A DNA stretch of 64,000 nucleotides, from positions 1 to 64,000 of the IMG/VR virus record IMGVR_UViG_3300035670_000112; one strand, given 5' to 3'. The position numbers and the translations under genes are program-made. Below are positions 37,890 through 50,200 of this stretch, in pieces (the first letter of the stretch is position 1; every line of letters begins with the position of its first letter). This stretch comes from a virus. Under the pieces are notes generated by a model. That model was not told where the DNA came from. It worked only from the letters and a program-made list of their open reading frames with translations, and ran no database searches.

Positions 37890-37940
37890 TTATAACGATT
37901 TGCTAAACAACGTTTCAATGTTGTTTAGGTACTGTTAAAC
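37890..37940 (+). repeat. Short attC-like site 10
   Basis: TTATAAC-GATTTG-CTAAACAAC ... GTTGTTTAG-GTACT-GTTAAAC. Confidence 0.65.
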
Positions 37941-37947
37941 CGATAAA

Positions 37948-38184
37948 ATGAACGACATGGAAAAGATTTTAATAGCACTAAAGGTTATTCAAGTTGTTTC
38001 AAATATTGATAGAAAAAAGAACGGACTTGAGTATTTGGGTAGAGGGTTTTCTAAAGCATACAGACTAAATCCATTTAACCCGTTAAGTTACATAATTGTA
38101 ATTGTGGCGATACCTATGACGATAATTCTCTATGGATTTATAGGTTTTTTCAAGCAGGTAACAAATCCATTTGAATGGGACTGA
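37948..38184 (+). CDS. Small membrane protein
   Basis: RLNPFNPLSY followed by a transmembrane segment. Confidence 0.65.
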   Translation: MNDMEKILIALKVIQVVSNIDRKKNGLEYLGRGFSKAYRLNPFNPLSYIIVIVAIPMTIILYGFIGFFKQVTNPFEWD

Positions 38185-38294
38185 ATTAATTAAGATGAAC
38201 GACATCACTAAGCACCTGCTGAAAGAATACCTACCGATTGTAATTGCCTTTATCTTGGGAGTGATAATGGGTTTATATCTCTGATGCATTATTT

Positions 38295-38329
38295 AAAAGG
38301 GGGAAGGGTTATTCCTTTCCCCCCTTTTT
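38295..38329. terminator. Bidirectional intrinsic terminator at the convergence of the two arms
   Basis: AAAAGGGGGAAGGG-TTATT-CCTTTCCCCCCTTTTT, with A and T tracts on both sides. Confidence 0.8.
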
Positions 38330-38340
38330 GCAGTCATTGG

Positions 38341-38496
38341 TCACTTTACCTTCTTGAGTCTCGGATTAGCTTTTTTTGCAGCAGGTGATGCTTTTCTGGT
38401 AGATGATGCAAGGATTGCTCCTGCACTCTTCATACTCACTCCCTGTTGCTTTGCTATCTTAGACTGTACTGCTTTGAATCCTGGGTGCTTTTTCAT
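38341..38496 (-). CDS. Small basic protein (51 aa)
   Basis: Hand translation MKKHPGFKAVQSKIAKQQGVSMKSAGAILASSTRKASPAAKKANPRLKKVK; below the track cutoff. Confidence 0.7.
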   Translation of the reverse strand: MKKHPGFKAVQSKIAKQQGVSMKSAGAILASSTRKASPAAKKANPRLKKVK

Positions 38497-38588
38497 TTTT
38501 TTACAGTTTTTGTTTTACTGCCCTTCATCTTAATTGCTCCTCCACATTTCATCTTGGAGGGTTTTGTTGTGGTCATTGTTTTCTTCAT
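38493..38588 (-). CDS. Tiny Lys-rich peptide (31 aa)
   Basis: MKKTMTTTKPSKMKCGGAIKMKGSKTKTVKK; ATGA overlap with the next gene. Confidence 0.55.
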   Translation of the reverse strand: MKKTMTTTKPSKMKCGGAIKMKGSKTKTVKK

Positions 38589-38589
38589 T

Positions 38590-38877
38590 TCAGCATTTCC
38601 ATCTTTTACGTGCCTGTCTCAATCTACTGTTAGGGTCCTTGGCAGCATCAGGATACATCTTCATCTGTCCTGCTGAACGGGCACAGAACGATTTTCTTCT
38701 TGCAGCTCTTGGACCACTTGGGTCATCCTCTGTGACCGCTGTCTTCAATTTTGATCCTGGATTGGCCTTTCTATAGGCATTCACTCCTTTCTGTGTCATT
38801 CCTGCACCTGAGGAGGTGGATCTGTAATTCCCCCCTTTTCCTGTCGTCCTTTTTATCGGATTCTCTTTCTTTGCCAT
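38590..38877 (-). CDS. Small basic phage protein (DUF6321-like)
   Basis: GAGMTQKGV.AYR..NPGSKLKTAVT...RRKSFCARS...SRLRQARKRWKC. Confidence 0.75.
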   Translation of the reverse strand: MAKKENPIKRTTGKGGNYRSTSSGAGMTQKGVNAYRKANPGSKLKTAVTEDDPSGPRAARRKSFCARSAGQMKMYPDAAKDPNSRLRQARKRWKC

Positions 38878-38878
38878 G

Positions 38879-41800
38879 TTAAAGTGATATGAAGTATTTC
38901 AATCTTTCCTCTGGATAGAACCAGTCTGTGACAGTCTCATACAATGGTATCTGTCTGTTTGCCCATACCTGTAGTTTGAGTGTTCCCTTGTTCCTTCCAG
39001 CCTTGTATTCCTTGAAGAAGTCATCATCGCTGAATATTGCAGAAGGATCGATCGTTTTGGTTATGCTCAGTATGGAGTCCAACTGATCCAATGCTGCAGA
39101 GGGTGACTGTACGATGGCAGTGATCTCAGTGGCATTCCATACAGGAATGAATATACCGAGGTCCGTGGAGAATCTCTGTGCCTGATATGCTGCCATATTG
39201 AGGAACCAGTTGTCATCATCGTCCCCTGCAAGTCCTGTGAGTATACCTGCAAACACGGTTGCTGCAAGGAAATATCCCACTTCGATCATACTGCGTCTCA
39301 TATTGGCCTGTTGCATAGGGGTCATCCTGTCATATATTTCCTTGGATGTAGCAAGACTGAACTGTCCAGCCTTTATCTCATTCCAGAGTGCAGTCATGAA
39401 CCTTGCTCCCAGAGTATAGTACATTCCTTCGATCTCCTCATTCAGAGTGTAGCTTTTGTAAGGTGATTCGAACCTTCTGTTTATGCCTGAGGGTATCCAT
39501 TTTCTGAAGAGCATTGCTGCCCTTCCCAGCGCATATCTCTGTATCGCAGATCGGTCATTCGTATTGTAGATACCGTGCAGTTTCTGATTGACCGCCTGTA
39601 TCTTCAGTGAGAAGTTGTCCATGTCTATATCGGTCACTTCCGATCCGTCAAGGTTCTTCACACCATCTATGAGCTCAAGTCTGCCGTTCTCCACAACAAG
39701 TGCATCATACAGTGATATCTCATTGCCGTCTGGTCCCATGAGTTTTCTATTGTATGCAAGTGCAAGTGCCATACGGCTCTGCATCTGATGTTCCCCAAGA
39801 TGGTTGAGAAGGAAGAATGATGACTCTTTGAACATCCTTCCCCATTTTCCCCTGTCAGCATTCACGGATGACACCCTTGATTCGAAATCCTGAAGTGCAT
39901 CGAACCTTTCAAGGAACAGTCTCAGTTTGTTCGATGAGGTCAGATTGCCTGAATCTCCCATGAGTCCTGCGATACCTTCCCTTCCTGCCTGCCAGTATGC
40001 CTTACGTGCCTTTGAAAGGTCCTCGTGGGTCACATACTGTTTTGCAAATGCCTCCTCACGTACAAGGGCATTTCCCAAGGTGACGTTGGAAAGACCTGCG
40101 AATATGTTGAGTCCCAGTTTATTGATGGCAGTATACTTGGTGAGGGCATCTATTGCCTTCGATGAGGGGACATGACGGTCATTCTTGGTCTCACCATAAT
40201 AGATCATGTCGATATAGGATCTGTATCTATCGTATATGTTGCCTCCTTCCCTACTCTCTGGTGTCCCTTTGAGTGATGCGAACTTGCTGAGAAGACCTGC
40301 ATCCGCCACCTTTCTGCTTCTCATCACATGGTCACCTATCTCTATCACACTCTGAATATGTGTCAGATTCCTGTGTCTGTTCATCATGTTGGCATACAGT
40401 ACCAGTGATGATGTCGCATCCAAGGAAAGATCATTGGTATCCTTCAGTCGTGTAGAGTAGTATATCGGAACACTCTTTATCACCTTACCAGTCACATCGA
40501 AATGCTTGAGACCGTAGGCGGTATCGTCCTCAACCTTTGTGAGTGTCTCAACAAGTGATTCCTTTACAGCCTTCAATCCTCCCTCTGAAAGGGTCCTTTC
40601 CACAAGATCCTTCCGTATCTGAGGGGCCAACGGACTGTTCCTGTAAGTATCATTCATATGGGAGTTCATCCTTGACCTTCTGTCCATGTAACCCTCATAG
40701 TAACGTTTCTTTGCAGCACTGTTCATTATATCATCGAACTGTGGATTCGAATATATGGAGGCCTTCGGTACCGCAAATTCCTTTCTGAATCTGACATTAC
40801 CGTTCATATCCTCCCATATACGGTCGTTCTTCCATCTGTTCAAAGAGTTCATGGCACGTTTGACCCCCTTTGCAATGTGCAGATCGTTCTTTATAAGATA
40901 TGTCTGCCATGTGGTAGGGTGTGCAGATCTCACCTCATAGTACCTGTCGATGTCCTTCTGGAATTTAAGCTCCTGTTCGATGAATCTGCGCTCCTTGTCG
41001 GCAATGATGTTCTTGAAATCAGGATTGAGATCATTGTTCCTCTCATACCATTCATTCTCTGATTCAATGTACTCCTGATCGATGTTTATGTCACGTTTCC
41101 TTATTCTGAGACGTTCAATAGGATCCTCTGGAAGACCCAGTCGTCTGTGAAGCTCCTCATAGAACAGCTTTTTGCTCTCGTTGTACTGTGACATGTTGTA
41201 ACGGGTCACAAGATTGCCTGTAGGCTTTCCTGTTGAATCCCTTTCGTACATCCATGCGGTATCTGCCACTCCTGATGCCTTCAGTTCATCATCAAGACGG
41301 AAGAGGTATTGCATATCATCGTATGTCTGTCTCTGTGCGGCCAGTATCCTGTCCTTTACAAGTCTGTCAGTCAGTGCAAGCAGTTGATCTGGACTCTCTG
41401 CGAGAGATACAAGCTCCTTGTTGTACCAGTTGATGTCAGCAGATATGAAGGAGGGATCGGTGATCTTCATCAGTTCCTCAAGTTCCCTCTCAACTGCAGC
41501 ATCCCTCTCTTCAGGGGTCATACGCTTATCCTTGTAATATGCCTCCAGAAAAGGTTTCATGGTGTACACATAAATGCTCCTTGAATAGTAGGAATAGTCA
41601 TTGTCCATCTGTGTTATACCTGAATTGATGTTCTCCAGTGCCTCGATAAGGGCAACATGATGTTGAAGGTCTGCCTCCTGTGCACCAGATCTCTTCTGTG
41701 TCCTCATGTCGGAACGGGTCTCAACGAGAAGTGAGGATACCAGTGGTCTGTAGATGTGAAGATATTTGTACATGTCATTCACCACATCGGCAAATTGAGC

Positions 41801-44296
41801 AAGCTCATCATCGTACATCCCATTCGCAAATGCACCTCTCATATGGTCAAGTCTGTTCAATATGCCCTCCGCTTCATCCTCAGCATGTGCAATGAACTTG
41901 ATGATGCCCTGAGTGACCCTTCCCTGCTTGAGTTTGGGATCCTTCTCAGTAAGGTCCTTTTCAATGGCCCTTATGAGTTCCTTCTCCTTGACATAGTATG
42001 GACCAGTACCTTTTATCTTCATTGCCTGAACCCTTGTCTTGAGTCCGTTCAATGCTGTCTCGAGTTCCTTGGTCATACCATCGAGCATCCTTGAGTTCCT
42101 GAACATCTTTCTGTCTATCTGAAAGAACTGCTGGTCCTCTCCAGCCTGTATACGTTCCTTTATGGCAGCAGGATTCTCCATCACACTCTTTGATATGGCA
42201 TCCAAACTTTCACGGATCCTCCTTTCCTTCAATGCACTTCCCACTGAGAACATTCCGATGAAGGCATTCAATATCCTTTTCAGCAATGTCTTCCATTTAG
42301 GGGTCGCATCTATGTTGAACTCTGAGATCATGGAGTCCGTGAGCATCTTGCCTACGATCTCCATTCTCACTCTTTTCCTGTCATTGCCATAGGCCTCCAT
42401 ATATTGTTCGGAGTACTTTTTCCAGTAATTGGTCTCCTCGATCAATGATAACGCCTCCACTATACGTGGATCATCCTTCATCGCATATACTATGAAGTGG
42501 CTGACCTCCTCTGTAAGGGTGTCATATCTCTGGGAACCTTCTTTCACCGCTATCACCTTTCTCATCATGTCGGCAACTGCTGATGCGGTCAATTCCTTTC
42601 CATACTTCTTCTCATACCATTTTCTGTACTCCTCATAGTTGACCAATGATATTCCGAGTTCTGACATTATGGAAAGCATCCTATTGTCAAGTGCAGTGTC
42701 CACAGGACGTGATCCCTCCTCCTGCTGGAACAATGTTGAACGGGGATCTATCTTTATGTAGAATATCTCCCTTCCCTTCTCCCCGAACTTGTTGGCCCTA
42801 TGTACAGTGACAGCATTGTACCCCAGTTGACGGTTCACTCTGCCCACCTTGTTGACAGCATCCACATAACCGTTCTTTGTGATCATCAACCCTTCATTGT
42901 ATCTCTTTATACCGTATGATCTCAGAAGCTCATTCTCGATATCTGCCACTGTATTGAGAGAAGGTTCTTGAAAGAATACAGGAGTTTGACCTCTTTCAGT
43001 AAATCTTTTAAATCCTTCTATGTCTTGTTTACTTCCTAATATGTGAATATTATCAGCATCTAAAATAACTAATTGAGCATTATCATTTATAAATAATTCT
43101 TTACCTTGAAAAAAAGAATCTATTTTTGTTTCTTCAATAAAGTCTTTTATAAAATTAGTATTATAGTTTGAAGCTAAAAATAATCTTTGATAAATACTAT
43201 TTACTGTATTTTTACCATATATATTAGGTTTAATTTCTTTCTTTTCAATTTCTTTAATTATGTCATTATAACTTTCTTCGTCAATATATTTTTTAAACTT
43301 ATCAACTATACTCAAAGATTTTTCTTCAGAAATGGTTTCTGCAAATGTTTGTGAAATTGTATTTTTAACATTTACAATTGCAGATATTACTGTTGGAGAA
43401 GTACCTTGTTTAAATTCCCCTTTTAAATACCTTTCTACTTTTTGTCTGTTATTTAAAAAATAATGACCTATACTAATTCTATCACCTGTAAAAATGTTAC
43501 TAAAATTAAATTTATCAAACTTGCCATGTGGAGTACCATGATAAACAATATCCTTTACTTTACTATCAGGAAATATAGTATCTAAATATTGAGAATAAGC
43601 TTGTAGTGCTTGTTGTTTTTGTTGTGGAGTTATTTGAGTAGCTGTCGTTAATTCTTGTTGTGCTAATTTTAATCCTTCTAAAAATGCCTTATCTATTAAT
43701 TCATTAGTATTATGAGTAAAGTTTTCGTATTGTAAAAGTTTTTTAGTTGCTTCTGAATTAGGATTTTGTTTAAAACTTTCTACTACAAGTTTTTTCATTA
43801 AACCTAAGCTATCAGCAGCTTTCATTTCTGCAACAGTTCCTTTACCTCTTATTTTGCTACCATGTCCACCTATTTTATTATAAGCATCATAAGTAGCCTT
43901 ATCAAAACTTCCAGATTTATTAGATTGATAAGCATGTTCCACGCTACCATATTCTTTGCCTTCCCAATTAAATTTTCTTGGCGCTAAGTTAGACAATATA
44001 CGAGTTGAAGAATTAGACTCAGCTTGCCCCCAATAAACATTTATAGTTCCTTTAGTCTGTACTGTATTATCAAACCCTAAAGCTTCATATACTTGATTAG
44101 CTAATTCAGGATTAGAATCAAATAGTTCTTGTACTCCTTCCTTTACTCCCATTAACTCACTTGCTGATGGAAATTGATCGGAATTGTTTCTTTGTTGCCA
44201 TAATGCAACTTCGGCCCTCAATATTGCAGGGTTTATTCCAGTTGATCTCTGAAGTGCTATGAATTCAGGATGTGAAGTGTTGATACAGATCGACAT
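38879..44296 (-). CDS. Large virion/ejection polyvalent protein with inserted NADAR-like and ART-like domains
   Basis: 1805 aa. ILSNLAP...YGSVEHAYQSNK (NADAR-like); DIVYHGT...FDKF...GHYF (ART-PolyVal-like); degenerate zincin EEVSH; helical C-terminus. Confidence 0.7.
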   Translation of the reverse strand: MSICINTSHPEFIALQRSTGINPAILRAEVALWQQRNNSDQFPSASELMGVKEGVQELFDSNPELANQVYEALGFDNTVQTKGTINVYWGQAESNSSTRILSNLAPRKFNWEGKEYGSVEHAYQSNKSGSFDKATYDAYNKIGGHGSKIRGKGTVAEMKAADSLGLMKKLVVESFKQNPNSEATKKLLQYENFTHNTNELIDKAFLEGLKLAQQELTTATQITPQQKQQALQAYSQYLDTIFPDSKVKDIVYHGTPHGKFDKFNFSNIFTGDRISIGHYFLNNRQKVERYLKGEFKQGTSPTVISAIVNVKNTISQTFAETISEEKSLSIVDKFKKYIDEESYNDIIKEIEKKEIKPNIYGKNTVNSIYQRLFLASNYNTNFIKDFIEETKIDSFFQGKELFINDNAQLVILDADNIHILGSKQDIEGFKRFTERGQTPVFFQEPSLNTVADIENELLRSYGIKRYNEGLMITKNGYVDAVNKVGRVNRQLGYNAVTVHRANKFGEKGREIFYIKIDPRSTLFQQEEGSRPVDTALDNRMLSIMSELGISLVNYEEYRKWYEKKYGKELTASAVADMMRKVIAVKEGSQRYDTLTEEVSHFIVYAMKDDPRIVEALSLIEETNYWKKYSEQYMEAYGNDRKRVRMEIVGKMLTDSMISEFNIDATPKWKTLLKRILNAFIGMFSVGSALKERRIRESLDAISKSVMENPAAIKERIQAGEDQQFFQIDRKMFRNSRMLDGMTKELETALNGLKTRVQAMKIKGTGPYYVKEKELIRAIEKDLTEKDPKLKQGRVTQGIIKFIAHAEDEAEGILNRLDHMRGAFANGMYDDELAQFADVVNDMYKYLHIYRPLVSSLLVETRSDMRTQKRSGAQEADLQHHVALIEALENINSGITQMDNDYSYYSRSIYVYTMKPFLEAYYKDKRMTPEERDAAVERELEELMKITDPSFISADINWYNKELVSLAESPDQLLALTDRLVKDRILAAQRQTYDDMQYLFRLDDELKASGVADTAWMYERDSTGKPTGNLVTRYNMSQYNESKKLFYEELHRRLGLPEDPIERLRIRKRDINIDQEYIESENEWYERNNDLNPDFKNIIADKERRFIEQELKFQKDIDRYYEVRSAHPTTWQTYLIKNDLHIAKGVKRAMNSLNRWKNDRIWEDMNGNVRFRKEFAVPKASIYSNPQFDDIMNSAAKKRYYEGYMDRRSRMNSHMNDTYRNSPLAPQIRKDLVERTLSEGGLKAVKESLVETLTKVEDDTAYGLKHFDVTGKVIKSVPIYYSTRLKDTNDLSLDATSSLVLYANMMNRHRNLTHIQSVIEIGDHVMRSRKVADAGLLSKFASLKGTPESREGGNIYDRYRSYIDMIYYGETKNDRHVPSSKAIDALTKYTAINKLGLNIFAGLSNVTLGNALVREEAFAKQYVTHEDLSKARKAYWQAGREGIAGLMGDSGNLTSSNKLRLFLERFDALQDFESRVSSVNADRGKWGRMFKESSFFLLNHLGEHQMQSRMALALAYNRKLMGPDGNEISLYDALVVENGRLELIDGVKNLDGSEVTDIDMDNFSLKIQAVNQKLHGIYNTNDRSAIQRYALGRAAMLFRKWIPSGINRRFESPYKSYTLNEEIEGMYYTLGARFMTALWNEIKAGQFSLATSKEIYDRMTPMQQANMRRSMIEVGYFLAATVFAGILTGLAGDDDDNWFLNMAAYQAQRFSTDLGIFIPVWNATEITAIVQSPSAALDQLDSILSITKTIDPSAIFSDDDFFKEYKAGRNKGTLKLQVWANRQIPLYETVTDWFYPEERLKYFISL

Positions 44297-47200
44297 TACT
44301 GACAGGTTCTTTTCTGGTTACGCATCATTTCCTTGGTCTCATCTGGAAGAGCATTGAACTCCTCCTGAGTTATGTTGTTCTCTTCCATTATCATCATATC
44401 GATGTCTTCATTGGATACAGAAGTGAGGGTCACATCTGCACTGACCTTCTTTGTTGTTACAGGAACCTTACTCTCCTTCAGTTCCATGATCTTTTCGAAC
44501 ATGCTCTTCACGTTCTTCCCTGAACCTATACGTTCCCTCAACTGTTGAAGTTGTTCTGGACTCAATCCCTGTATGCTCTTGAACAGAGGATGTGATATCA
44601 TCGCTCCTTCCAAAGGTGCTATACTGTCAATGTCGAATCCTGGAAGTATATCGGATATTGTCAATACCGCCTCTGCCGCATCTACAGGTTTCACTGCTCT
44701 ATCCTTTATCCTTGTAGGGGTGGCAGAGGGTTTTCTGGTGGAAACTATCTGAGTATATGTCATGGTATCGGACATTGCATTGTCATAATTGAACTCAAGG
44801 AACTCATTGTTTGAACCCAACAGAGGTACTTCCCTGTATATGGCATCATCCCTTTCGATAGAGTGGAACACCATCAGTGCCGACCTCATCTGTCCTTTCG
44901 TCTTCAATACCGTCCTTATGAACTCCAACGGTTGCTTCTCAGTGTTATTGACCTTGTTCAGAGGTACCTTCACATATGTCACTCCCTCACTTACCATGAA
45001 GATACTGTCCGCATTACTGGTATCGAAGTACTTGATGAATGGAAGACTGCGGTACATGTTCCTTATTATCTGAGAGGATATCTCCTTGGATATATTCACG
45101 GATCTCTCATCATCGAACATGTTCCTATTGAACTGATTCTCCATATACTGTGTGAAGTATATGCCGTTATCGTCCTTCAATTCTGCCCAGTACATGGTAG
45201 GCAGAATGTCACTCAGCTTGCTCGGAGAGGTCACGAACCCTGTTGCAAATATGGAATATGCTGCAATGTCGTTCGCAAGTGATGATACTTTGGGATCCAC
45301 ATCACGCAACATTGAAAGGAACTCCATCTTGATAGACTGCATCTGTGTCGCATCGATACCTGTACGGTTCATCCTTATCACCTTCATACCTGATACATTC
45401 TCTGAGGGGATGACGTTCAGATACTTCAACAGTGGGATATAGGGGCTTTCAGGGTTCTCATTCATGAAAGTTGTAATGGCAGTCGGGGTATCATTGATCA
45501 CCCGTTGGAACTCAGATGCTCTGAAAGGTCCGAATGATGATGCCAGTGCTGATGATATCGCATAGTGCATAAGGTTGACCGTCTCTGGCTGTATCCTCTG
45601 TCCCAATGGAAGGGAGGCCTTCATAGCATTCTTGACCGTATGATAGATGGATTCACCATATCTGTCGGTGTAAGGTATGCCAGTTGAATTGTATATGTCT
45701 GCCAAGGATGCCTCAAGTCCTCTCTCTCTGAATGCTGCAGACCATCTGATAGGGTTGGACTCCACCATTGAAAGGAGTTCTCTCACCCCGTAAACGATGC
45801 CTAACTCCTCAGCATTGAGTATGGTATCGACATCATCGAGTTTACTGAGCGTATGTGCAACTGTCGGACCAGCGGCATTCTTGATGGAATCGTATCTCAT
45901 TGCACGTGTCATAGGTGCAACAACACCTGTCGACACCTCTGCAACCCTTTTGAGCAACCTGTAGACGGCAAGTGAATTGACAAGTTCCAGATCGGTCATT
46001 GCCGATACATCCTTTTCACCCATCTTCACAAGGTCCATTATGCTTCCTGTGCGTGTAGTAGGATCGAACTTCAATGCCTTTGTGCTCAAGTAGTTCACCA
46101 TTTCATCATATGCAGCACGTCCCCGTCTTCTGATATACTCATCAGTGATATCATCCATACCTGAAAGGTCGAGTCTGTCCACGGAACGGGCTCCTTTGGT
46201 AGCTCTGATGACCTGTGGAGTATTGAAGAACAGTACAGATGCCTCAAGGCCGAAACCCATTCTGACAAGGGTGGCTATCATATCAGCGGTCACCATGGTT
46301 ATATTGAGGAATGATGCCACAGGATCCTTTCCGTTATCTACCGCAGCCGCAAGGAACTCCTTCAGCTTCACAAGGTCATCGAATGTGGTACCTTCGTCCT
46401 TTCCACTCAGACTTATCTTCTCCATCCCGTTGAATTTCAAAGGATATTTGAGTGTTACGTTACCTTGCATGACAAGTGCCTGATTGGACACATGGTTTGC
46501 AAATATACCGATAAGTCCGTTACCCGTCATATTCCTTTCAAATACTTCCCTTGAGGTTGAGTTCAACAGAGGGTTCAGAGTGTCGGTACCCATGGAATCC
46601 TTCTCGGTCTTTTTCGGGGAAACCTCCTTTACAAGTGCCTTGAGCGTCTCAAAGCCTCCAGGAGTGGTTATCTCCTTTGCAGTCCTTGCATCTGAGAGTA
46701 CAGAGAATGCAATGTCCAATTTCAGATTGTCCCTTGATGCCTTTGTTTCCATCCCTGATGGTACCTTTCTGAGACTGTACTTTCTGAATGTACCCGTATC
46801 CTCATCAAAGGCAATTCCTTCCTTATTGGCAAATTCCCTACGTGAACGGAGTTCATCGAAGTCTGGGATCTCCTTCCTTACGATATCCCTCTTGAGTTTG
46901 GAAGACCATTGCATGGTCGATATGTATGACTGGAATCTCTCCTCAGCACCTTCCACCTCTGAACTGTACTCCTCTATGTTGTAAAGGATACCGTACAGTT
47001 TATCGATGTCAAAGTCAAGACCTGCTATCTTGGTGGCCTCCTCTGGAAGGATGATCTGCCCCCCTACACCCTGTGGAAGGAAACCTATGATCTTGATATG
47101 GAACATCGAATACTTGTGCTCTGTAGGTATACGGTAGAAGACTGCTTTCAGTATATCAGGGTCCACTCCCTCTATCTTCGATATGTCTATGATACCATTC

Positions 47201-50200
47201 TTGTCGGCATAACGTTCCAACGAACTCAATGTGACTGGAAGGATCGCTTCAAAATACTCTATGGATCTACCGTCCTCGCTCCATTTTATCTCAGGCTTCC
47301 TATAACCTTTCTCGGAGCCCTTTTCAAAACCGTATGAGGTGGCATTGTACAATGATGCACCTGCTCCCTTGTTGGTCTTCTGTTTGGTGACCCTGTTCTT
47401 GAAGAAGGAATTCATCATGGTCTCCACATCATAGGCTATGCTCGGATGCCACAATGGAAGTACCGTAGTGTTCTCAGATCTTACGAGTTCACCATCCTTC
47501 TCCACATAGTATCCCTGATGGGCGGTTGCCCAATCGAGTGCCGTGAGAAGATCATCAGGCTTCTCATTCTCTATGGCCTGCTGTCTCAATGCCTCGACTA
47601 TCTTCGTATTGTCTGGATTACCGTCAGCATCAGTGAACAATTTCTTCAGTTCATCGTATGATTCCTGTACGTTACGGTACAGTGCCTCATTGTAAAGTCT
47701 GAGTATCTCCGCACCCTCTGTAGGGACCCCGTTCAACATATAGGTATGAAAAGGATCGACATTCTCCACGACAAGTTTACGGTACTGTGTACCTTCCAGT
47801 ATGTTGGTATCAAGATGGTGTTCAGGGGTAAGTTGCTGTCTACGGTAATCTGCATTCCTGAATCTATGGACATCCTCTTTTACAGCAGCTTCTATTGAAT
47901 CCACTGCCTTGAACTTTCCTACCTTGACTGCAGAGGTGAACATGATTGAGTCTGTGATCCTCTTACTGGGATCGTATGTCCATGTTCCGTCAGCTTTGAA
48001 CACGTATCCGAACTTTGACATCATCGCCTCGAGTTTCGGACTTCCTACTGCCATTGCAGGGGTGATCAGCGTTTCTGAGTTCTTATGCTGTACAGGATTT
48101 ATTCTTACGTGACCAGTCACTGGATCTATTGTCCTTGAATGGAGGAACTGGAACGGTTTTATAGGTTGATGTATGTGTCTGCTACCTATGTGTCGCATAG
48201 GATCACCGTTCACAAGTCCTGTATAGAATTCATATTTCTCCTCATTGAGTCCGTTGAATCCCAATTCCAACTGCATTGCACGTATGGGATCTATGATGGT
48301 GGCAGCATCGGTCTCATTGAGTTCAGAGAATGCCTTTACAATACTTTCCCTGTCAGGATTGTCCCTGTGTATCCTTTCAATGTTCCTTATACCGTCAGAC
48401 ACCACATCTGAAATGTCAGCAGGGTCGTTCACATACAGTACACTGTACTCAGGGGCTATCCTTACGATATTCCCGTCCCTTGATGTGAACATGTTGGACT
48501 GATGGGCATTCATGTAATCACCAGGTGACCAGATCTCCTTGATACGTTTGAATACATCGGTATAGTCCACCCTGCTGTCCCTGCTCTTATAGAATGCAGG
48601 GTCACCTCCGAAGGTGAACAGGGTCTGAAGGTTCATAGCCAATGAATTGTGGAGGTATGACGATATGTTACGGTCGAATGATTCAGGGTCCATGAACCTT
48701 GAATCTATCAGACCAGTGTTGTCGAAGATGGTACCGTTCTCCTCTGCAAGGATCCTCTCAGTGTACAGGGACTTCAGTTCACTCTCTATGATCTTCGGTA
48801 TCTCAGCCCCGACCGCATCTATCACCTGTTGGTCATCCTTCAGGTCCTTGATATTCTCATTGAGCGATCTGAAAACCTGAAAGTAGAGTCCATTGAGAAG
48901 CATGTTGACTGGAATGTCATTCAACTGCTCAGGTATGCGTGCCTTCTCACTGTATGATTTTTTGCTGTCCTTCTGATCCTTCAACCATGTGTTATACTCC
49001 TGCTTGACGGGTTGTATCCTCGATCTCAACCATTTTATCCTGTTCCACTCCTGAAGTGCAGAATCGATTATCGCCTGTCTGGACTCATCGATGTCCATCT
49101 TTTTGATCTTGATGAGTGCAGCAGATGTGGAATCCGATAGTATGGGCATAAGGAATATGCCGTTCGATTTAGGCGAAGTGGCATCATCGGCAATATTGAA
49201 ATATGCGTTGATCCTGAATGCCTCGAGTTCCTGTCCTGTGAGTTCTGAGTATTCCGTTCCCTTCCTCCTCTTCTCAGATTTGAGAGAATCCATCACACCC
49301 AGCTCCATCGACATTGCAACATCTCTGTCCATCATCATTCTGAAGAACGGAGAGGTTGAATAGAACGGATCCTCCATGTATGAATCTATGGTGGCCATTC
49401 TTGTGGCATTGTCAACTGTGGAGATGTTGCCTCTGAGATTCTGCATGAACCTTGATTGCAGGAGTGAGTATATCATCTCACCTGCACCGCTTCTGAAAGA
49501 GTGCTGATATGCCTGAGGAAAGACCTCCTGATAGACCTTGAGAATGGAATTGAGTGCCTTATCATTGTCAATGGTGCTTACGAACGGATTGTTACCCGTC
49601 TGTATCCTCTTCATATAGTATATGATGTTGGGAGCGAATGATTCAACGAATCTTCTCTTACCCCCAGGAATGGCATCCTGATCGTCAGGTATGGAGAACA
49701 TCATGTTTATCTCCCTTTTGGTCAGAGGTAGATTCAGGAGTTTCATAAGATTGTATACCTTCTGAGCGTCCTCCCTTGATATGGGACCTTCCTTCTCCAA
49801 TGGATCCCTGTTGATGTTCCTCTTGTAATCATCCCTCAATCTCTCAAATTCAGATATGCGTTCACTCAGATCCCCTGATACCTTCTCAGTGGATGGATCG
49901 TAGAACTTTGAATCATAGAAGGACTGCAACCATTGTTTCCTCATGTCACGTGTCATGTCACGATGGTTCGCATAGAATATCTTTGACCTTCCCTTCTCAT
50001 TGCTCACTATGAAGAATGGAGTGAAGGTACGTTGGGCAACATTGACCCAGAACTCTGTTATCACATGAGGGTCCTGCGTCATTGCGGTCGTTATGACCTT
50101 GTAACCTGGATTGAGCTTCACAAGCTCATCCAGTCTTGACAGCATGGTATCGACATTGGGAGAACCAGATATCTTCGATGCTATCGTATTGTAAACATTT

